Source: a virus. From it: 64,000 nucleotides of DNA. The DNA lies in IMG/VR virus record IMGVR_UViG_3300037478_000708, positions 1 through 64,000 of that record; one strand, 5' to 3'. A model generated the notes under the pieces. The model saw only the letters and a program-made list of their open reading frames with translations. It made no database searches and was not told the DNA's origin. The position numbers were made by a program, and so were the translations under genes. Of the stretch, positions 58,972 to 64,000 are shown piece after piece. How positions within the stretch are numbered: position 1 is the stretch's first letter; every line of letters begins with the position of its first letter.

Positions 58972-59583
58972 ATGGTCAAGCGCAAGCCCCGCAAGCCGCA
59001 GATCCCGAACGCCCGTGCGATCTTCGCGCGCGCGAAGCGGGTCGCGGAAGACGTCCTAGTCGAGGGGCTGGAGGACTGGGGCGACGAGATCCGCGACGAG
59101 TTCGTCGAGCGCATCGAAGAGCAGTCCTTCGCCAGCTTTCAGGAGATTCTCTATCCGGAGAGCGGGACCAACCTGTCGCCGTCCTGGCTCGATCGGAAAG
59201 AAGCCGCGGGGGCGGACCTGCGCACGATGATCGCGACGGGGCACTACATCGACTCGATTCGCGTCTTCAAGCGACACGACCGCAAGGAAAAGAAGTGGGT
59301 CATTCGCATCGGTTTCCACCACTCCGCGAAGCCGCGCGATCTCGAGGGGAGGACGGTGGACATCGAGATCCCCGGCACCGGCATCAAGGGGCTGACGGCG
59401 CTCGCGATCGTGCATGAGCTGGGCTCCATCAAGGCCAACGTGCCCGCACGGCCGCACTGGGGTCCGCATCGCGCGCTCGTGCGCAAGGATGCGCGCAAGA
59501 AGCGTCGGGAGCTGCGTCGGGAGATCTCCGAGGCGCTGCGCGGGGACGCCAAGCTGAAGGAGCTGGCCGTCGGCCGGAGATAG
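58972..59583 (+). CDS. Putative neck/virion morphogenesis protein
   Basis: IATGHYIDSI..LAIVHELG...VPARPHW. Confidence 0.6.
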   Translation: MVKRKPRKPQIPNARAIFARAKRVAEDVLVEGLEDWGDEIRDEFVERIEEQSFASFQEILYPESGTNLSPSWLDRKEAAGADLRTMIATGHYIDSIRVFKRHDRKEKKWVIRIGFHHSAKPRDLEGRTVDIEIPGTGIKGLTALAIVHELGSIKANVPARPHWGPHRALVRKDARKKRRELRREISEALRGDAKLKELAVGRR

Positions 59584-59588
59584 GTCTC

Positions 59589-60230
59589 ATGGCACAAACC
59601 GGTCTGCCTCCGTACGTCCCCACGAAGTTCCTGCACGAGACGACCTTCCCCAAGGCGTTCGGGCGGGATCTTCAGATGCAGATTCGTCTGATCGAGGAGC
59701 GCTGGCGGCGCTTCTACCTGCTGCTCGACTACTACCCGCTGCTCCAGATGACCGGCATCGCGTCCACGCCCGATGCCCGTACGGCCGGCATCCCCGCGCC
59801 GATCGCACCTGTCGATCCTGCCGGCGGTGGATTCGATCCTCTCTGGGGCGAGTCGGTCGATCGTGACATGGCCGACGCGGGTCAGTGGGATCAGCCGCAT
59901 CTCTCAGGCGGAGCGCTCGACGCGACGACCGAAGCGGAGGGCTTCGCGGCGCCCGTGCAGCTTCACTTTCAGGTGCAGGGTGTCGCAACGCCAGGAGACA
60001 AGAAGCGCCTCCAAGAAGCGTACGGCTTCGACGACGTGCGCGACGTCGTGCTCGTGACGCCTGCGACCTTCTTCGACGCGATCGGGTTGCGCGCGAAGGA
60101 GGGGGACAAGTTCGTCTTCGACGGCGAGGAGTACGTCGTCATCGAAGACCGCGGCGCGGGGCGCTGGAAGAACACCAACATTCGGCTCTATCGCGCGCTC
60201 AACGCGGAGCACAAGCGTCTGGGAAGCTGA
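59589..60230 (+). CDS. Head closure protein, gp14-like
   Basis: DPLWGE..YGFD..EGDKFVF..YVV; synteny. Confidence 0.55.
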   Translation: MAQTGLPPYVPTKFLHETTFPKAFGRDLQMQIRLIEERWRRFYLLLDYYPLLQMTGIASTPDARTAGIPAPIAPVDPAGGGFDPLWGESVDRDMADAGQWDQPHLSGGALDATTEAEGFAAPVQLHFQVQGVATPGDKKRLQEAYGFDDVRDVVLVTPATFFDAIGLRAKEGDKFVFDGEEYVVIEDRGAGRWKNTNIRLYRALNAEHKRLGS

Positions 60231-60421
60231 AACGAACATGGCCAACCGAACCATTCGTCTGCTACAGAAGATCGCGTCGTCTACGCGCCTGACGGTCGCG
60301 TCGCTCTCGAACGAGGTGTCGTTCCTGCGCAACGAGGGCTTGTCGGCCCGCGAGATCGAAGCAGAGCTGCGCGACAAGTACCTCGACGGACCGCGCGCGA
60401 TTCACTATCGGTCGTGAGTCC

Positions 60422-60877
60422 ATGCCTTCCACGATCAGCTCAGCGCGCCTTTTCCGAGGTCGCACGATCAAGATCCACTCGGTCAACCGGGTCGAGGTCA
60501 TGCTGGATCTCGACTTCGACACGCTGCGCAACAAGACGTTCGCGCTGCCCGAGCTGGAGTTCGACGCGGCCGAGCTGAGCGAAGATGCGCTGAGCCGCGC
60601 GCAGCACTGCCTCGTCGTGCTGCTCGGAGGCAAGCGCGTGTTGGTCGAGCCGCCGATCGCGCTTCGGGATCAGTGGGGTGCGCGGGTCGACCTCAGCGCT
60701 CGGATCTATCTTCTCGGACGCGTTCACGGTCGGCCGATCGGGTACACGGTCGGGCTGCCGGAGCACCCGGACCCCGCGCTCGAGGTGTCGCCCTTCTACA
60801 ACTGGATTGCGTCACGTGGATTCGACGTGGCCGACGTGAAGGCCGTCCTGAACGGCGGAAGGGGCCCGCGTGGCTGA
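60422..60877 (+). CDS. Hypothetical protein, possibly a degenerate SNase-like fold
   Basis: VEVMLDLDFD resembles the DxDLGF strand of phage thermonucleases, but the DGDT motif is absent. Confidence 0.4.
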   Translation: MPSTISSARLFRGRTIKIHSVNRVEVMLDLDFDTLRNKTFALPELEFDAAELSEDALSRAQHCLVVLLGGKRVLVEPPIALRDQWGARVDLSARIYLLGRVHGRPIGYTVGLPEHPDPALEVSPFYNWIASRGFDVADVKAVLNGGRGPRG

Positions 60878-62537
60878 TCGACCCGGACACTCGTTCGAGG
60901 ACACGCTGCGCCTGCACGACGCCGCGTTCTATTCGTTCTGGGACGCGCTTCACGTGGACTACGGGAACCTGGGCCTCGGGCTCGGAGACAACCTCGAGAG
61001 TCCGTTCGCTCCGATCGACCGCAACGACTTCCCTATCCTGCGCGTCTTCGCCTCCCCTCAGCGCGCGGTTGCGCGCGTCGTGGACACGCTCATGCACACG
61101 GGCTGGCTCGCCGGTGCCGACGCCGCCGCGCAGGCCGCGAGCGCGGTGGTGCTGCGGGAGAAGGCGATGGAGGACTTCGCGATCCTCCCCCTGCCCCTGC
61201 TCACGATCTTCCGCGACGATCCGGTCGACCGGCCGGAGGACCAGGGCATCCCGAAGGTCTTCCGCAAGCAGTGCTTCGACGAGTCCACGGGCTCCTATCA
61301 GACGCAGCGTTGGCCGGGGGCGTGGGACATTCCCTACCGCGTGACGTGCTGGACGATCAAGCGCTACACGCTGGAGTTCATCCGCGAGTGGTTGATGTCG
61401 CAGATCGGCAAGCCCGGCGTCAGCGGAGGCGAGGTGCTCATCCCGGTGGACCACGGTGCTCCGTGGGGCGTCATCCGCCAGACGCTCACGCTCGACGGCA
61501 TGGGAGATCAGAGCGCTCTGGAGGGAGACGCGGACGCGCGCATGATCCGCTCGGAGTTCTCGTTTCGGCTCAAGGGCTGGCACTTCCAGCGACCGCTCCC
61601 CGTGAAGGGTGTCGATCCGTCGCTCCCGGGCGCGAGCACGGGGCAGGTGCCCGCGATCCAAGACCTGAACTTTCAGGAGACCGTCTTCCTGCCCGGTGCG
61701 GCGCTGGGTATCGAACTGGATCCGCTCGACTTCGGTGGGGACCCGGCTCTCGTCCCGCCGAAGCCCGTCGGGCTGAACATGTTCTCGTTCTTCATCGACA
61801 CCTCGCTCATCCCGACGCATTGGCCGAAGCTCGGGAACGCGAGCGTGCGCAGGGGCAACATCTCGCCGAGTGGCAAGAAGCCGGTGCCGACGCTGCGCAT
61901 CGAGGTGCAGGACCCGACGGACGAGGTGCTCGTTTCCAACCGCACCGTGCCGCTCGACGCGGACGCCTTGGCCATCCTGACGATGATCTGGGACTACAAG
62001 GCGACCGACGCGACGCAGCTTCTCGTTGCGCACAAGCCGCCGGGAAGCGGTCAGCCGTTCGCGAGCGGCTACGTGCAGGATCTTCCTGCCGCCGTTTCGT
62101 GGACGCACGGACAGGTCTTCGCGCTCATCGACGAGCCCGTCTACTCCGTCTCCGTCGCCGGCACGGGCACGGCCGCGCCGGCCAAGCTGGACCTCTCGCA
62201 GATCGATCTGCGCCACGTGCGCTCGCCCGCGACGAAGACGTTGCCGGACACCTCGGTCCCCGGGGGCGGGCAGACGGTGCACACGTTTGGAACCGGGACG
62301 CCGCTCGAGGACCGACCGCACCTCGCCGTCGTGGTGTTCACCGGCACGCCGGCCGCCGATACGATCGACGTCAACGGCGAGCTGTATGCGGTGGACCCCG
62401 CGGAGCGGACGGTGGGGCTGGTTGCGATCTTCACGCCGTCCGGCGGCGTGGCGACGGTCACGGTGCCGGACACGATCCCTGCGCTGAGCGTCTACGTGCA
62501 GCGCTACAGGGGCCCCTGGAACGGGACGGAGGTCTGA
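60870..62537 (+). CDS. Tail terminator (gp15-like) with a long beta-rich C-terminal extension
   Basis: LPLL.I.R..WDIPYRVTCW..RMIRSEFSF.LKGW; position before the sheath. Confidence 0.55.
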   Translation: MADRPGHSFEDTLRLHDAAFYSFWDALHVDYGNLGLGLGDNLESPFAPIDRNDFPILRVFASPQRAVARVVDTLMHTGWLAGADAAAQAASAVVLREKAMEDFAILPLPLLTIFRDDPVDRPEDQGIPKVFRKQCFDESTGSYQTQRWPGAWDIPYRVTCWTIKRYTLEFIREWLMSQIGKPGVSGGEVLIPVDHGAPWGVIRQTLTLDGMGDQSALEGDADARMIRSEFSFRLKGWHFQRPLPVKGVDPSLPGASTGQVPAIQDLNFQETVFLPGAALGIELDPLDFGGDPALVPPKPVGLNMFSFFIDTSLIPTHWPKLGNASVRRGNISPSGKKPVPTLRIEVQDPTDEVLVSNRTVPLDADALAILTMIWDYKATDATQLLVAHKPPGSGQPFASGYVQDLPAAVSWTHGQVFALIDEPVYSVSVAGTGTAAPAKLDLSQIDLRHVRSPATKTLPDTSVPGGGQTVHTFGTGTPLEDRPHLAVVVFTGTPAADTIDVNGELYAVDPAERTVGLVAIFTPSGGVATVTVPDTIPALSVYVQRYRGPWNGTEV

Positions 62538-62839
62538 TGACCAATCGCAAGCGCTGCATCTGCCTCGGGCGCTCGGTCAACGAGCTGCTCGCGGCCTGGT
62601 ACGGCCGCGCCCGCAAGCGCATCGCGGCCGGCGTCGTGAACGGGCAGCCCCCGCCGGACATGAACGAGCTGCGTCTGACGGTCACGCTCATCCGCGCGCT
62701 GTCGGAGGGCCGCGAGAAGGGCCCGTTCCAGGCGCGCTTCCGCAGCCTGGATCACCACCTCGTCGATTGTCCCTGCTCCCCGAGCTATCGGACGCCGACG
62801 GCGGCTGTAGACACGGCCCCATCCGGCCACCTAGACTGA
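62537..62839 (+). CDS. Hypothetical protein
   Basis: TGATG coupling; CIC..CPC. Confidence 0.5.
   Translation: MTNRKRCICLGRSVNELLAAWYGRARKRIAAGVVNGQPPPDMNELRLTVTLIRALSEGREKGPFQARFRSLDHHLVDCPCSPSYRTPTAAVDTAPSGHLD
62806..62837 (+). promoter_or_regulatory. Putative promoter TGTAGACA-N18-TAGACT, probably leaderless to ATG 62845
   Basis: Recurrent motif; ATG 8 nt after the -10 box. Confidence 0.6.
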
Positions 62840-62844
62840 CGCCC

Positions 62845-63177
62845 ATGACCGAGGATCAGGTCAACCCCGTCGACGAGGAGGGTGACGCGAGCCGTTCGCG
62901 CCACCGTCGCCGCCGATCAGCGCCTTCGGGACTCACGCCTTCTATGTCGCAACGACCGCAACGACCGGTTCCGCGTCCAGCCCCGACGGTTCGTACCCTT
63001 ACGCTTCGCAACCGGAGCGCGACCCTCATTCAGGTTCCCGTCCTCAACGACGACGGTTCCAAGCGGAACATCCGGCTCGGCAAGGGCCAGACCGCGCAGG
63101 TGCTTGAGGACCGGCTGACTGACCATGCCATGCGTCTCGTCAGTCTCGGTCGCATCTCCATCCGTCCGATTCGGTAA
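62845..63177 (+). CDS. Small hypothetical protein preceding the sheath
   Basis: ORF MTEDQVNP.. Confidence 0.55.
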   Translation: MTEDQVNPVDEEGDASRSRHRRRRSAPSGLTPSMSQRPQRPVPRPAPTVRTLTLRNRSATLIQVPVLNDDGSKRNIRLGKGQTAQVLEDRLTDHAMRLVSLGRISIRPIR

Positions 63178-63195
63178 GGCCCACGAGGAAACGAC

Positions 63196-64000
63196 ATGGC
63201 ACAGAGCCCCGGAATCATCACTAGCGAACTTCAGTTCGTTCCGACGACCCCGACGCTTGGCTTGACCCTGCCCGTGATCGTCGGGGGGGCGACGAAAGGT
63301 CCGGTCGGAGTGCCGCTCTTGCTGCACAGCGAGACGGACATGATCCGGGAGTTCGGCTCGCCGCTCGCAGACGACTTCGGCCTGCTCTCCGCGGTGGAGT
63401 ACCTGAAGCAGGGGACGCAGTTCTTCTACCTGCGCGTCGCCGATCCGGACGTGGTGGAGACCGCGACCGTCAGCGTGGCGGGGCCGGAAGGTCTTGCCTC
63501 CACGGGCTCCGTGGCGCTGTCGGGTCAGCCGGACGACGGCGACAACATCGTCATCTCCGACGGCACGCTCGCGATCACGTTCGAGTTCGACATCGCGCAG
63601 GCGGCCACGGGCTCGCTCGTCTTCTCCGGCGGCGTTCCGGTGGACGCAGAAACGATCGTGCTGGAGGACGGGACCAACCCGGCCGTGACGTTCGAGTTCG
63701 ATGACGCCGCCTTCGCTACCGGTGAACTGATCCTCGCCGGTCAGCCCACCGACGGCGATACCTGGCGCATCTCCGACGGTCTGGTCATCGTCGACTTTGA
63801 GTTCGACAACGACGCGTCGGTCGTGGAGACGCCGACGCTGCGGCAGGTCGTCATCGGCGCGACGCTGAACGACACGCTCACGAACCTGCTGAACGCGATC
63901 AATGCCGGGACCTTCACGTTCGGCATTACCGCCTCGAACGTGCAGGCCGACCGCATCGATCTGACGAACGACGTGCTCGGCGTCGCCGGCAACGTGGCCA
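63196..64000 (+). CDS. Contractile tail sheath protein (gp18-like), 5' part; runs off the window
   Basis: MAQSPGIITSE..IVGGATKGPVGVP..EFGSP..EYL..YLRVA; GAGG RBS. Confidence 0.88.
   Translation, partial: MAQSPGIITSELQFVPTTPTLGLTLPVIVGGATKGPVGVPLLLHSETDMIREFGSPLADDFGLLSAVEYLKQGTQFFYLRVADPDVVETATVSVAGPEGLASTGSVALSGQPDDGDNIVISDGTLAITFEFDIAQAATGSLVFSGGVPVDAETIVLEDGTNPAVTFEFDDAAFATGELILAGQPTDGDTWRISDGLVIVDFEFDNDASVVETPTLRQVVIGATLNDTLTNLLNAINAGTFTFGITASNVQADRIDLTNDVLGVAGNVA

Noticed and set aside
60422-60877. Active thermonuclease
   Set aside because: Only partial resemblance; the catalytic DGDT and R-L-x-G-I-D motifs are absent.
1-64000. tRNA, rRNA, integrase, terminase/portal, alternative genetic code
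   Set aside because: None recognisable by eye. TAG, TGA and TAA all end well-defined genes. A tRNAscan/Infernal run would be needed to exclude small RNAs.

Overview
This window is a high-GC (roughly 68% by eye) segment of a large T4-like (Tevenvirinae-style module) myophage genome or prophage. It uses the standard genetic code and is mostly + strand. Layout: (1) 0.1-5.9 kb: a large acidic head-associated-looking gene with a textbook -1 programmed frameshift, then small membrane/lipoprotein genes. (2) 6-25 kb: a dense run of small overlapping accessory genes (NUMOD4-HNH endonuclease, sulfotransferase-like protein, GroES, Tad2/DUF2829-like anti-defence protein, DNA methyltransferase, many hypotheticals). 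(3) 25-41 kb: two giant ORFs (2314 and ~2572 aa) plus an acidic/basic prohead-core-like protein. (4) 43.6-49.7 kb: an active/inactive ParB-methyltransferase pair, a second sulfotransferase-like gene and MazG. (5) 51-64 kb: head-neck-tail module (gp21 protease fused to a scaffold-like tail, gp23 major capsid, gp13/14/15-like proteins, start of gp18 sheath). The main discovery candidate is that the two giant ORFs are strings of small unrelated domains separated by a recurring ES[VLI][DE]E / [LVI]DE linker. The same L-D-E motif sits at the expected maturation site of the major capsid protein and in the protease-scaffold, and it matches the known T4 gp21 specificity (L/I-X-E). The inference is head-packaged polyproteins that the prohead protease chops into dozens of injected effectors. 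Also seen: a dispersed 21-27 bp palindrome in 8 copies at 5.5-12 kb intervals, and a recurrent TGTAGAC-N17/18-TAnnnT promoter. All family assignments come from motif recognition by eye, not from database searches.
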